Below are positions 8,890 through 18,262 of a stretch of 64,000 bases of DNA, piece after piece (the stretch's first letter is position 1; every line of letters begins with the position of its first letter). The notes beneath the pieces were generated by a model. It was given only the letters and a program-made list of their open reading frames with translations, did no database searches and was not told the origin of the DNA. The position numbers and the translations under genes are program-made. Origin of the DNA: Candidatus Wolfebacteria bacterium GW2011_GWB1_47_1 (GTDB lineage Bacteria; Patescibacteriota; Minisyncoccia; UBA6257; UBA9933); the NCBI GenBank assembly GCA_001029635.1, contig CP011209.1, positions 747,969-811,968 on the forward strand, in the 5' to 3' direction.

Positions 8890-10449
8890 ATGGACATCTA
8901 CCGAGTTGATGTAAATCATACTCAAAAGGGATATTTAGATGAGAAAGAGCTACTTATTTTATACTGGCTCCTTAGGAAAAAAAGCATCTCCACTCTCTGG
9001 AGCAATGTATTTAAGCCGAATACCGATTTTACGCTTCACGCCCCAAGTAATCCAAGTGAAATAGCAACGCTTGAAGATGATATAAATACCTCGATTGAAC
9101 GGCATACTCAAAATATACGCACTAAAGTACAATCGTCTTCAATTATTTCCTATCTACTTGAATTAGGTAAAACCTTTGATGCAAGGGGGTTTTCCATATC
9201 TTGCAATGCAGACTATAGCCTTGTCGAGGGCGGGTTTCTTTGCAATTACGTCGCAGACGCAATGTATGAATATCTTCAAGATACCGATAAAGGACGCGCT
9301 AATAAGAAAAAGTATGGCGATTTAAATAAAGAGCAGAAAAACTTTCTTCAAGATGTGGTCAAGAATGGTAATTTAGACACAATAAAACTTTCAAGACTTG
9401 CCAAAACTCCCATAAAAGAATATGAGGAAGCCATCTTAGATAGACACGCGGATGAAGATTTTATCGAATTAGTAAATAAGTTAATCACGGAATATGACGG
9501 CGGTAAATGGAATACGGAAGATGTCGAGAAGTTTTTAGCGATTTATTATCGGCACAACAAGGAGAACTTTAAAAAGCACGCCCTATCATCTGGGCTTCTT
9601 ACTAAAAATGATAGCCAGACTGCATTATCAAAGCTAATTTTCGAGCATATTGATGTTCGTTTAAGTATAAAAGATACTCAAAAACTTAAGGATTATTTAG
9701 ATAAATATATTGCTTTCTTTATTGACGATGAACTGAATGGCCCCAGCAAGAGCGGCTTAACTGCAACCTTTTTCTCTAATGGACTAACACTACCCCTATA
9801 TACTCAATTTTTTGGGTTTAAAAAACAAAAGAATATCTTAGTTAAGTATATTGAAGGAAAGTATGAAGAATACCAAAGAAACGACTTGGAAATCGGACAC
9901 CCGTATTTTGAACCTGAGTATATAGGGGATAATAAAAATGATACGGTAAAGATTACCATAGCAGAAAAGGACAAACTGAAATCCCTCTTTCTATTTGTTC
10001 ATACAATGTTAGCTCTTGAGTATACAAGGTGTCTGAATGTTGAAGAGTTTTCCTACGGTACTACTGGCTTATTCGACCTATATGACAGAGGTTTTCTTTT
10101 TAAGGTTAATATAGATAAGGGAACTTTTTCCGAAGAAACAAAGCAAAGAACGGGTATTGCTTTTGACCTTGATAAATCTCGCTTCTATGTTCAGGGAAAA
10201 GAAATAAAGCTGCTCAAGTTCAAGGACGAATATCATACCCTCAGAGTTATATTTGAAGACCCTAATGAACTATCCAAAGAGTGGTTTTTCTCTGAGATTG
10301 GAGAGAAAATTGATGAGAATAACTTAGACGATAAGAAATACTATAACGCAATATATCAACTGCGATTAAAGCTTGAAAAGCAGGGCATAAATGACTTTTT
10401 TATTACAACAAAACAATCAGTAAAAATAAGCCCCAAATACCTGTCTTAG
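8890..10449 (+). CDS. Hypothetical protein with C-terminal winged-helix domain
   Basis: 519 aa; C-terminus W.FSEI...YYNAIYQL..KL...DFFITT..SVKISPKYL, similar to 4917-5693. Confidence 0.7.
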   Translation: MDIYRVDVNHTQKGYLDEKELLILYWLLRKKSISTLWSNVFKPNTDFTLHAPSNPSEIATLEDDINTSIERHTQNIRTKVQSSSIISYLLELGKTFDARGFSISCNADYSLVEGGFLCNYVADAMYEYLQDTDKGRANKKKYGDLNKEQKNFLQDVVKNGNLDTIKLSRLAKTPIKEYEEAILDRHADEDFIELVNKLITEYDGGKWNTEDVEKFLAIYYRHNKENFKKHALSSGLLTKNDSQTALSKLIFEHIDVRLSIKDTQKLKDYLDKYIAFFIDDELNGPSKSGLTATFFSNGLTLPLYTQFFGFKKQKNILVKYIEGKYEEYQRNDLEIGHPYFEPEYIGDNKNDTVKITIAEKDKLKSLFLFVHTMLALEYTRCLNVEEFSYGTTGLFDLYDRGFLFKVNIDKGTFSEETKQRTGIAFDLDKSRFYVQGKEIKLLKFKDEYHTLRVIFEDPNELSKEWFFSEIGEKIDENNLDDKKYYNAIYQLRLKLEKQGINDFFITTKQSVKISPKYLS

Positions 10450-10516
10450 ATTTGTCTTAAGTTAACTCAAGACAACATATCGATAACCTGTAGGCATAAC
10501 CTACGGGTTATTTCTT

Positions 10517-10714
10517 ATGCAGGAAGTTGCCGTCGAAAATGAAGTTAGAAAAGGCTTCAAAATAAATGATTTATCTCTTGAGGAAAGGCAAAGACTGGTC
10601 GGTGCTTTTGCGTGGCTCATAGAACAAGACAAGAAGCAAAATCCTGCACTTTATCAACCTAAAAAACAAGACGAAGATGATAGATACAATATGCCTTCTG
10701 ATACCCAAGAATAG
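10517..10714 (+). CDS. Small hypothetical protein preceding Rep
   Basis: 65 aa, ATG just after a 12-bp hairpin, overlaps the rep start. Confidence 0.6.
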   Translation: MQEVAVENEVRKGFKINDLSLEERQRLVGAFAWLIEQDKKQNPALYQPKKQDEDDRYNMPSDTQE

Positions 10715-11819
10715 GATGACTTATCTATTAGGGCCATCCAGTTGGGAACTATATTCCAAGACGGACCAATACGAAAAATATGTTCGCAACCCCAGCAAGA
10801 CAGAAAAAGAAACAGGACAATACTTCCCACGACTAACTGGATACAAGCGACGCTTTGCCCAAGATGCGAATGTTCGCATAGAGCTGTCCGTCCCCAAATT
10901 GCTGTATCGCAATAATCTCGACGAACTTGAAGAAAAAGACTTTCCGCGAGTAATCGAGATACTACTAAGGAGACTTGAGACTATGGGAGTGGTAGTTGAT
11001 AAGTCAGTTCTTGAAAATGCCTCAGTAAGCTCAGTTCATTTTTCAAAGAACATTCTACTCCAAGACGGGTATACCGCAAACCATTTAATCTCCGAAATGA
11101 ATAAGGTAAACCTTAAAAAGAACTTCGATTTTGCCAAAACAAGATTTATGAATGATGGGCAGAGCCTCTATGCCCATACAACCTCTCATCAGCTTGTAAT
11201 ATACGACAAGATAGCCGATATGGGGAAAGATGCGAAGAGAGCAATGGATAAAGACCAGACCTCGCGCCAAAAAAGTCTATTCGCAGAGTTAAGTAAAGCG
11301 AGCGAGCAACTGGAAATTATACGCTTTGAAATCCGCCTCAACCACAAGCAGAAAATGAACAAACTCCTTGAGAACTTAGGGTACGAGAAAAACCCAGTTT
11401 TCAGGCAGGTATTCAATACCAAAATGAGCAAAACCGTTGTTGCGCATTACTGGGAAAAACTTATCAAAGAGCGCAATTTGGGCATTTTCTCAATATCGCT
11501 AAGTATTAAGGATGTACTTCGAACTTTATTCTTAGCGGATAAAACACTAAAACCCAAACAGGCTATATATCTTCTCGGACTTTTTATGCTTGCAAAGGAC
11601 GAAGGTGGACTAAGGCAACTGCGGACTATTGTTTCAAAAAGGTCTCGCGATAGGACTTGGTATCGCATCGCACAAGATATGCAACAAGCCAGCAAGCTAA
11701 TTACAAAAAATAAGCTCCGAGATTGGGTTACGCAGATTGACAAAAGCCTTGATGAATATGTGCCATATAAGCATAAAAAATCAGCTATTATTAGTCCTCT
11801 GCCCCACTACTTAGCATAG
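10677..11819 (+). CDS. Putative rolling-circle replication initiator (Rep_trans / phage gene II-like)
   Basis: MIDTI start, IELSVPKLL..NN, LVIYDK and IIRFEIRL motifs. Confidence 0.6.
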   Translation: MIDTICLLIPKNRMTYLLGPSSWELYSKTDQYEKYVRNPSKTEKETGQYFPRLTGYKRRFAQDANVRIELSVPKLLYRNNLDELEEKDFPRVIEILLRRLETMGVVVDKSVLENASVSSVHFSKNILLQDGYTANHLISEMNKVNLKKNFDFAKTRFMNDGQSLYAHTTSHQLVIYDKIADMGKDAKRAMDKDQTSRQKSLFAELSKASEQLEIIRFEIRLNHKQKMNKLLENLGYEKNPVFRQVFNTKMSKTVVAHYWEKLIKERNLGIFSISLSIKDVLRTLFLADKTLKPKQAIYLLGLFMLAKDEGGLRQLRTIVSKRSRDRTWYRIAQDMQQASKLITKNKLRDWVTQIDKSLDEYVPYKHKKSAIISPLPHYLA

Positions 11820-11868
11820 TGCTACTCCATAAATGGTCCCAAATATAAACATTACAAAATAAATTATT

Positions 11869-12030
11869 ATGAAAAATAAAAAGTATAAAATCGATAAGGA
11901 CGAACGACTTGTTGGAATTATAAAAATGGCCTTTGAGCAGTATTATCGCAAGGTTATCTCGGATAATATAAAGAGGTCTTTGGCGCAAAAGCGAGCCAAG
12001 TTGTCCACTAACCCTAAAGTTGCTCTGTAA
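11869..12030 (+). CDS. 53-aa peptide resembling serine-recombinase helix E (not in ORF track)
   Basis: MKNKKYKIDKDERLVGIIKMAFEQYYRKVISDNIKRSLAQKRAKLSTNPKVAL*; matches KYYSDAISDNVKRAFEQKR in 16585-18120. Confidence 0.65.
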   Translation: MKNKKYKIDKDERLVGIIKMAFEQYYRKVISDNIKRSLAQKRAKLSTNPKVAL

Positions 12031-12046
12031 AGTAATGTAAAGTATA

Positions 12047-12214
12047 ATGAATACCATTATGGAGCCTGAGGAACTCCCAAATGAGAAGGTTAATCGGCGT
12101 ATGGCTATTTTGTTTTGGACATTATCAGTCTGCGCCTTTATGATTATATTTCAGTTAGCAAATCTTATGGTCCCCGAATTATTTCCTCCGTCTTCTATCG
12201 CTCAATCAATATAA
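12047..12214 (+). CDS. Small single-TM protein (not in ORF track; start may be 12059)
   Basis: MNTIMEPEELPNEKVNRRMAILFWTLSVCAFMIIFQLANLMVPELFPPSSIAQSI*. Confidence 0.45.
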   Translation: MNTIMEPEELPNEKVNRRMAILFWTLSVCAFMIIFQLANLMVPELFPPSSIAQSI

Positions 12215-12228
12215 GCAGCTGCAACATT

Positions 12229-12411
12229 ATGAACACTAACAAAAAGAACTTCTACAAAGCAGAAGACCTCGCGAAGTTATTAGAGGTAAACATTATGACG
12301 ATTTACCGATATATTAAGGCTGGTCGCTTAAAGGCGTATAAAATTGGTCGTGAGTTTCGAATTGATAAAATTGAGTTTAGTGCTTTTTTAGAAAAAGCGC
12401 GGACTAAATAA
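12229..12411 (+). CDS. Excisionase-like HTH_17 DNA-binding protein
   Basis: YKAEDLAKLLEVNIMTIYRYIKAGRLKAYKIGREFRI. Confidence 0.85.
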   Translation: MNTNKKNFYKAEDLAKLLEVNIMTIYRYIKAGRLKAYKIGREFRIDKIEFSAFLEKARTK

Positions 12412-12413
12412 AT

Positions 12414-14207
12414 ATGACCGAAAAAGAATTATCACAACAAAAAGAAAGTCGCATCATCAAACTTGAGAAGGAAATTGAAAGATGGAAAAAGGCGGTCAAA
12501 ACCCAGCGCTACGGTTTAGTATGGCTCGATGTGCCTGAAGCATTTGAAGACGATGTCGAAAATAAATTACCCATTCTTGAGGAAGTGCCTAAAAAGGCGA
12601 TAAGGAGTAAGGATGCCAAGCCAACTCATCTACTTATTGAAGGCGATAATTATCACGCGCTTACTTGTTTAAACTACACGCACAAGGGAAAGATTGATGT
12701 AATCTATATAGACCCCCCGTACAATACTGGCTCCGATGGTTTTAGATATAAAGACAAGAGGATATTAAAAGAGTATCCAGACGGTACGGAAGTCCCGAAA
12801 GACCATCCATTTAGGCACAGCTATTGGCTATCTTTTATGAGTAAAAGGTTGGAACTTGCAAAAAGCCTACTAAAAGATACTGGTACTATATTTATTTCGA
12901 TAAATGAAGATGAGTTTGCGCAGCTCAAGTTACTTTGCGACCAAACATTTGGATTAGAAAATTATCTAACAATGTTCACTATTAAGGTAAGACACGAGGA
13001 GCGCATCCTTAAAGGCGATAAAGATTTCCACGAAGTCGTGGAATATCTTTTAATGTATAGATGCTCTTCTGCCTATAAAACCACGAAGAAAATCTATGAT
13101 AATACTTCATTGGATGAATATATTTATCAAGTCATTGAAAAAATAGAGCACCCTAAATCTGTTAAGCTTGGCAATAAGATGGTTGATTATTTTGAGCCAT
13201 CAGAATATGAGATTATAAAGGTGCCAGCGAGTGAGCACAACTTAAAGAAAATAAATATCCGTGGTTCTCTAAAAGAGGGCAATAGTAGTGGTAGATTTTA
13301 TATGGCTCATATTGCTTCAAGAGGTACCAAAGGTGTGCTTTATAAGGTACCAGATATGGGCAATGACAAGTTTGGACATAGATATTTTCTAATACCCGCA
13401 AAAGAAAGCAGGCTAAATGGGGATTATTTTCAGGGGGTACCACTGGACATACAGGACACGAAGAAAGTCCCCTACCCTAACTATTTTGACTTTGAAGCAC
13501 AGTTTAATAGCGTTGGGTATGAGGGGGGTGTCAGTTTCGGGGGCGGCAAAAAGCCAGTCGAGTTTCTTGCGCATTTTATAAATATCGGTTGTACGGATAA
13601 AAATGCAACTATATTAGATTTTTTTGCTGGCTCGGGAAGCACTGGGCACGCAGTTATGCAAATGAATGAAGCCGATAAGGGCAAGAGACAATTTATTTTG
13701 ATTACAAATGATAACGAAATCGTCAAAGATAAAGTTTATCATCCAATGTCTGAGGCGTGCCTGCCACGAATGCAGAACTTGATTAAAGGCTATGACAAGA
13801 ACCCGAGCTTGGGAAACTCAATTAAATACTACAAAACAGCTTTTGTAGGCAAACATAACATTCTTGATGCTGACGACAAAGATAAAATACAGCTCGCCCA
13901 TAATGCAGGGGGTATGCTTGCGATAGCTGAGAATACCTTAGAGCAAATTAAGGGAAACGATTATTGGCAGATTTTTGAAAGTGAGACCAGAATGACTGCT
14001 GTATATTTTAGAGAAGAGCAAGACCAGCTCGATGATTTTATAGACGAAGTCCTATTACTTGGAAAGCCAGTAACCGTATATATGTTTAGCTGGGAAGAAA
14101 AAGTGGATATTGTTGATTTTGAAGAAAATCGAAATATCAGCCTCAAAACAATACCGCAACCCATTCTTGAGATATATAAGCAGATATATAACATTGCTCA
14201 GTTATGA
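12414..14207 (+). CDS. mod: Type III R-M DNA methyltransferase (Mod)
   Basis: IEGDN, IYIDPPYNTG, LDFFAGSGSTGHA motifs. Confidence 0.9.
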   Translation: MTEKELSQQKESRIIKLEKEIERWKKAVKTQRYGLVWLDVPEAFEDDVENKLPILEEVPKKAIRSKDAKPTHLLIEGDNYHALTCLNYTHKGKIDVIYIDPPYNTGSDGFRYKDKRILKEYPDGTEVPKDHPFRHSYWLSFMSKRLELAKSLLKDTGTIFISINEDEFAQLKLLCDQTFGLENYLTMFTIKVRHEERILKGDKDFHEVVEYLLMYRCSSAYKTTKKIYDNTSLDEYIYQVIEKIEHPKSVKLGNKMVDYFEPSEYEIIKVPASEHNLKKINIRGSLKEGNSSGRFYMAHIASRGTKGVLYKVPDMGNDKFGHRYFLIPAKESRLNGDYFQGVPLDIQDTKKVPYPNYFDFEAQFNSVGYEGGVSFGGGKKPVEFLAHFINIGCTDKNATILDFFAGSGSTGHAVMQMNEADKGKRQFILITNDNEIVKDKVYHPMSEACLPRMQNLIKGYDKNPSLGNSIKYYKTAFVGKHNILDADDKDKIQLAHNAGGMLAIAENTLEQIKGNDYWQIFESETRMTAVYFREEQDQLDDFIDEVLLLGKPVTVYMFSWEEKVDIVDFEENRNISLKTIPQPILEIYKQIYNIAQL

Positions 14208-16579
14208 ACATATTCAACCCATCAAAATTTCAAAAAGATGCCGTCATAAATCTAACAGAGATTTTTACTACGGTATGGAAGCAACAAGGTAGACAATTAC
14301 CTATTGTTTTTAAATCCCCGACTGGAAGTGGTAAGACTTTTATGACCTCCCTTTTCATCCGCGGCCTTAACCACCTACCACAGTGGAAAGAAGATAAAGC
14401 ATTTATATGGATTACTTTTAGCGATGATTTGGCTATGCAAAGCAAAAATAAGTTTCTTGAGTATTTTGAAAATATGCTTGAAAATAGAGCTTTGACCGTT
14501 GCAGATATAAATCAAGGCAAACTCTACCAAAATGATATTTTATTTTTAAACTGGCAAAAGGTTACTGCCAAAAATGCTAATACGCGATTAATTCGCCGCC
14601 CCGAAGATAAGGAATGGCAAAAGGAACAGGGAGAATACTTTGAAGATGTGGTCGAACAAACTCAAGCCGATAGTAGACAAATTATCTTAATAATTGATGA
14701 GGCTCACAAGAATAAAGACACAAAACTCGCAAAGGATATTATTGATAAAATTGACCCTAAGGTAATTCTTCACATTACTGCGACACCAAACGAGAAAGAC
14801 GAACTTGAAGCTCGTCGTATTGGCAGTTTTTATGAGGTCCCCCGAGAGGAAGTTGTTGAGCAGGGCTTAATCAAAGAAGCAATCATTACTCAAACGGAAG
14901 AAGATTTCGAGGGTATGTCGGGAAAAGACCTTGATAAAATCCTCCTCGAAAATGGGATGAAAAAACGAGAGGAATTAAAAGCAGAACTTAAATCACTGGG
15001 TAAGAATATAAACCCTTTGATGCTTATACAGTTACCAAATGATGATGATAAACTTATAGAAAAGGGCGAACAGAAGAAGGAGGATATCGTTACTGATTAT
15101 CTTCTTAAAAATAAGGTTCCCGAGCATAGGATAGCAAAATGGTTTAATAAGAACCCTCGGCCAAATAATTTAGAAGAGCTCAGCGATGAGCACGACTTTT
15201 TACTCTTTAAACAGGCGGCTGGAACAGGCTGGGATTGCCCTCGTGCATCAGTACTTGTAATGTTTAGGGAAATACAATCGAATACCTTTTATACTCAAAC
15301 CGTTGGGCGTATTTTAAGAATGCCTGAGCCTCACGCAAAAGAAGATTATAAAAATAACCCCAATCTTCGCTTGGGATATTTATATACGAACTACAAGCGC
15401 AAGGAGGTAATAATACCAGACCAAAATCCCGCCAATCAACCTTTGACTGAGTTTGCCCATAGGAAGAAGGACATAAGCAATATCGAATTACCATCTGACT
15501 ATATTTCTCGCTTAGATTATGGCGATATTCGCGTATCTTCTAAATTTCAAGAAGTATTTAAAACAGAACTAAATAAGCACTTCGGGATTACTAATAATGA
15601 TATTCTTGGAAAAGCAGAAACGAAGCTTAAAAAGGCAGGGTTGGACATTAGCGATACTTTAGTAAATGAAGTTATTGCAAATGCTCGTTTCGAGGATTAT
15701 GACAATCTCGCCTTTGATTTCAGTAAAAAAGGCAGCGATATTTCACTTGAAATGTCAGTAAGTGATATTGAAAAGACTTTTAATTATCTTTGTTATCAAA
15801 TCCTAAGGGAGCAGGAAGACGAGGGAGCTAAGTACTCAAATGTGGCTCGCTCTTGGTCAGTCTTAAAACAAGCGCTTCGCGTCTGGTTTAAAATCGTTTT
15901 GCGAGATGACCATATTTACTGGTATAAGATATTTATCAAAGATGTTCGCAAGGGCGCTGAGAGCAAATTTCGCCCAGCAATAACAAGGGCCTTACGAGCT
16001 TATAAGCCAATTTCTGACAGTCTACTAACCGACAAGAAAATAAAGGTAGAGGAAAAGGAAGCATATATTTTTACCATACAAGGCGAATATGGGTATCCCG
16101 AGCAATACAAAGTTGTCCCTCAGAAGTTATGCGCCTTGGATAAGTTTTACTTGCCCGAAGATTACAATGGGCGTAAAAATGAAATTGCCTTTGTTGAATA
16201 TCTGGAAAAAAAGAAAGGAAAAATTGATTGGTGGTTTAAAAATGGCAATCAGGGAAAGAAGTACTTGGGCGTTAAATACACAAACTCAATAACGAACGAG
16301 GATGGCTTATTTTACCCCGACTGGATTATTCGTTTTCCTGATGGCCGTATAGGTATTTTCGATACCAAAAAAGGAGATACTGCTACAAGCACTGAAACAG
16401 CAGATAAGACAAAGGCATTGCAACAAAAACTTAAGAGTTTTGGAAAAAAGTTTCTTGGCGGTATCGCATATCAAGAAGCGGGCATTTGGTACTACAATGA
16501 TAGCCCCAAATACTCTTTTAAAGAGGGGCAATCGGTAAACGATAGCAAAGAATGGAAGCCTTTTGAGGATTTATTCTAA
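14204..16579 (+). CDS. res: Type III restriction endonuclease/helicase (Res)
   Basis: SPTGSGKT, IIDEAH, TAT, GWDCP, QTVGRILR, C-terminal YPDW...DTK nuclease; ATGA overlap with mod. Confidence 0.88.
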   Translation: MNIFNPSKFQKDAVINLTEIFTTVWKQQGRQLPIVFKSPTGSGKTFMTSLFIRGLNHLPQWKEDKAFIWITFSDDLAMQSKNKFLEYFENMLENRALTVADINQGKLYQNDILFLNWQKVTAKNANTRLIRRPEDKEWQKEQGEYFEDVVEQTQADSRQIILIIDEAHKNKDTKLAKDIIDKIDPKVILHITATPNEKDELEARRIGSFYEVPREEVVEQGLIKEAIITQTEEDFEGMSGKDLDKILLENGMKKREELKAELKSLGKNINPLMLIQLPNDDDKLIEKGEQKKEDIVTDYLLKNKVPEHRIAKWFNKNPRPNNLEELSDEHDFLLFKQAAGTGWDCPRASVLVMFREIQSNTFYTQTVGRILRMPEPHAKEDYKNNPNLRLGYLYTNYKRKEVIIPDQNPANQPLTEFAHRKKDISNIELPSDYISRLDYGDIRVSSKFQEVFKTELNKHFGITNNDILGKAETKLKKAGLDISDTLVNEVIANARFEDYDNLAFDFSKKGSDISLEMSVSDIEKTFNYLCYQILREQEDEGAKYSNVARSWSVLKQALRVWFKIVLRDDHIYWYKIFIKDVRKGAESKFRPAITRALRAYKPISDSLLTDKKIKVEEKEAYIFTIQGEYGYPEQYKVVPQKLCALDKFYLPEDYNGRKNEIAFVEYLEKKKGKIDWWFKNGNQGKKYLGVKYTNSITNEDGLFYPDWIIRFPDGRIGIFDTKKGDTATSTETADKTKALQQKLKSFGKKFLGGIAYQEAGIWYYNDSPKYSFKEGQSVNDSKEWKPFEDLF

Positions 16580-16584
16580 ACATT

Positions 16585-18120
16585 ATGAAAGCAATAATCG
16601 TCGCACGAGTATCAACTGAAGAACAAAGAGAAGCTGGTAATTCCCTACCCGCTCAGCTTACTCGTATGCAAGATTATTGCGAGCGGAATGGCTATTCTAT
16701 AATCGAGACTTTTAGTTTTGATGAGAGTGCTTACAAAACCAAGCGCGACGAGTTCGATAAAATCATTGCCTGCGTAAACGGCACAAAAGAAAAGGTTGCC
16801 GTTTGCTTTGATAAAGTAGACCGCCTATCACGCAATATCTTTGATAAGCGGGTTGCCTTACTTTACGAGCGAGCTGTTGATGATAAAATCGAGCTTCATT
16901 TTGTCTCCGATAACCAAGTCATCAACAATAAAATGTCGGCTGGCGACAAGTTTGCGTTCGGAATGAAACTCGGGTTGTCTAAATACTATTCGGATGCAAT
17001 CAGCGATAATGTAAAACGCGCGTTTGAGCAAAAGCGCAGAAATGGCGAATGGACCAGTGCCGTTCGATTGGGATATCTTAATGTTTCCTTAGATGCAGAA
17101 CAGCGGTTACGCAAGGATATTATCATAGACCCCGAGCGAGGGCATCTTATTCAAAAACTATTTGAGCTATATGCAACTGGGAACTACTCACTTGAGACGC
17201 TACGAATAAAAATGATTGAAATGGGCTTAGTGAGCCAAAAGGGTTTCAAGCCGTCAAAAAGCTGTATCGATAATATACTAAATGACACTTTTTACTGCGG
17301 TGTCGCTATGTCAAAGAAATATGGCTCTTTCCCCCATAGATACCCTCGTCTAATAACAAGGGAACTTTTTGATAGGTGCCAAGAGATACGCTTAAATCGC
17401 GTCAAAATGCCCAATAAGGCGCTTTCCAAGGACTTTATATTCAAAGGGTTACTCCGATGTCAGAACTGCGGTTGTTCAATAAGCGCCGAGAGAAAGATAA
17501 AGAAAAGTGGCCGTGAGTTTGTCTACTATTCCTGCACTAATGGCAAAGGTATATGCAAACGGGTGTATATACCCGAAAAAGACCTTCTAAGGCCCGTGTA
17601 CGAGGTTTTAGAGCGGTTTGAGAGCATAACAGAAGAGACACAAAATGAGCTTGTCGCCGAGCTTCGTAAGAATACGGAGGCCGAGGTAGTATTTCACAAG
17701 GCTCAGATAAACCGCATACGAGGCGAATACGAACAGATTAAGACGAAAGATGACCGACTACTTGAGGCATATTTGGACCAGTGTATTACTAAGGACATCT
17801 ATGACAAAAAACATCAAGAGTATGCGGATAAGCTACAGGTTTTGAATATTGAACTTTCCGAGTATACAAAAGCGGACCACGATTACCAAACGACTATTGC
17901 TACCGTGCTTTCTGTCGCTCGCAGAGCAAAGACTATATTTGAGAAAAGTTCTGAAGTTGCAGGAAAACGGGCGTTTCTGAATTACATACTTCAGAACCCG
18001 ACTGTAAACGAAAAAACGCTTGGTTTTACCTTGCGTTCTCCGTTCAACTTAGTCCTAAAACTTGCTGATTGTCCTAACTTGCTCCCCGGGAGGGATTCGA
18101 ACCCCCGACCATCTCGTTAA
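16585..18120 (+). CDS. Large serine recombinase, C-terminus encoded antisense to tRNA-Asn
   Basis: ARVST, DRLSRN, CQNCG Zn ribbon; last codons LPGRDSNPRPSR come from the tRNA. Confidence 0.93.
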   Translation: MKAIIVARVSTEEQREAGNSLPAQLTRMQDYCERNGYSIIETFSFDESAYKTKRDEFDKIIACVNGTKEKVAVCFDKVDRLSRNIFDKRVALLYERAVDDKIELHFVSDNQVINNKMSAGDKFAFGMKLGLSKYYSDAISDNVKRAFEQKRRNGEWTSAVRLGYLNVSLDAEQRLRKDIIIDPERGHLIQKLFELYATGNYSLETLRIKMIEMGLVSQKGFKPSKSCIDNILNDTFYCGVAMSKKYGSFPHRYPRLITRELFDRCQEIRLNRVKMPNKALSKDFIFKGLLRCQNCGCSISAERKIKKSGREFVYYSCTNGKGICKRVYIPEKDLLRPVYEVLERFESITEETQNELVAELRKNTEAEVVFHKAQINRIRGEYEQIKTKDDRLLEAYLDQCITKDIYDKKHQEYADKLQVLNIELSEYTKADHDYQTTIATVLSVARRAKTIFEKSSEVAGKRAFLNYILQNPTVNEKTLGFTLRSPFNLVLKLADCPNLLPGRDSNPRPSR

Positions 18121-18153
18121 CAGCGAGCCGCTCTACCACTGAGCTACCAGGGA
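18082..18153 (-). tRNA. tRNA-Asn (GTT), CCA not encoded
   Basis: TCCCTGG/CCGGGGA acceptor stem, TAGCTCAGTGGTAGAGC D arm, CTCG-CTGTTAA-CGAG anticodon arm, GGTTCGAATCC T arm. Confidence 0.96.
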
Positions 18154-18262
18154 ATGTTTTATTTTAAAAAGTGGAGCTGATTTCCAGAACCACGTGGCAT
18201 TATTTTACCAAAGCGGGGAAATAATGCAAGGGCCTAAAACCGCTCGTTCTAGGCCCACTTTA

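Larger units (their letters stand above)
7928..18085. mobile_element. Inner ~10.2 kb integrative element at the tRNA-Asn 3' end
   Basis: Bounded by TTGCTCC direct repeats (7928-7934, 18079-18085); carries Rep-like, Xis-like, type III R-M and serine recombinase genes. Confidence 0.75.
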
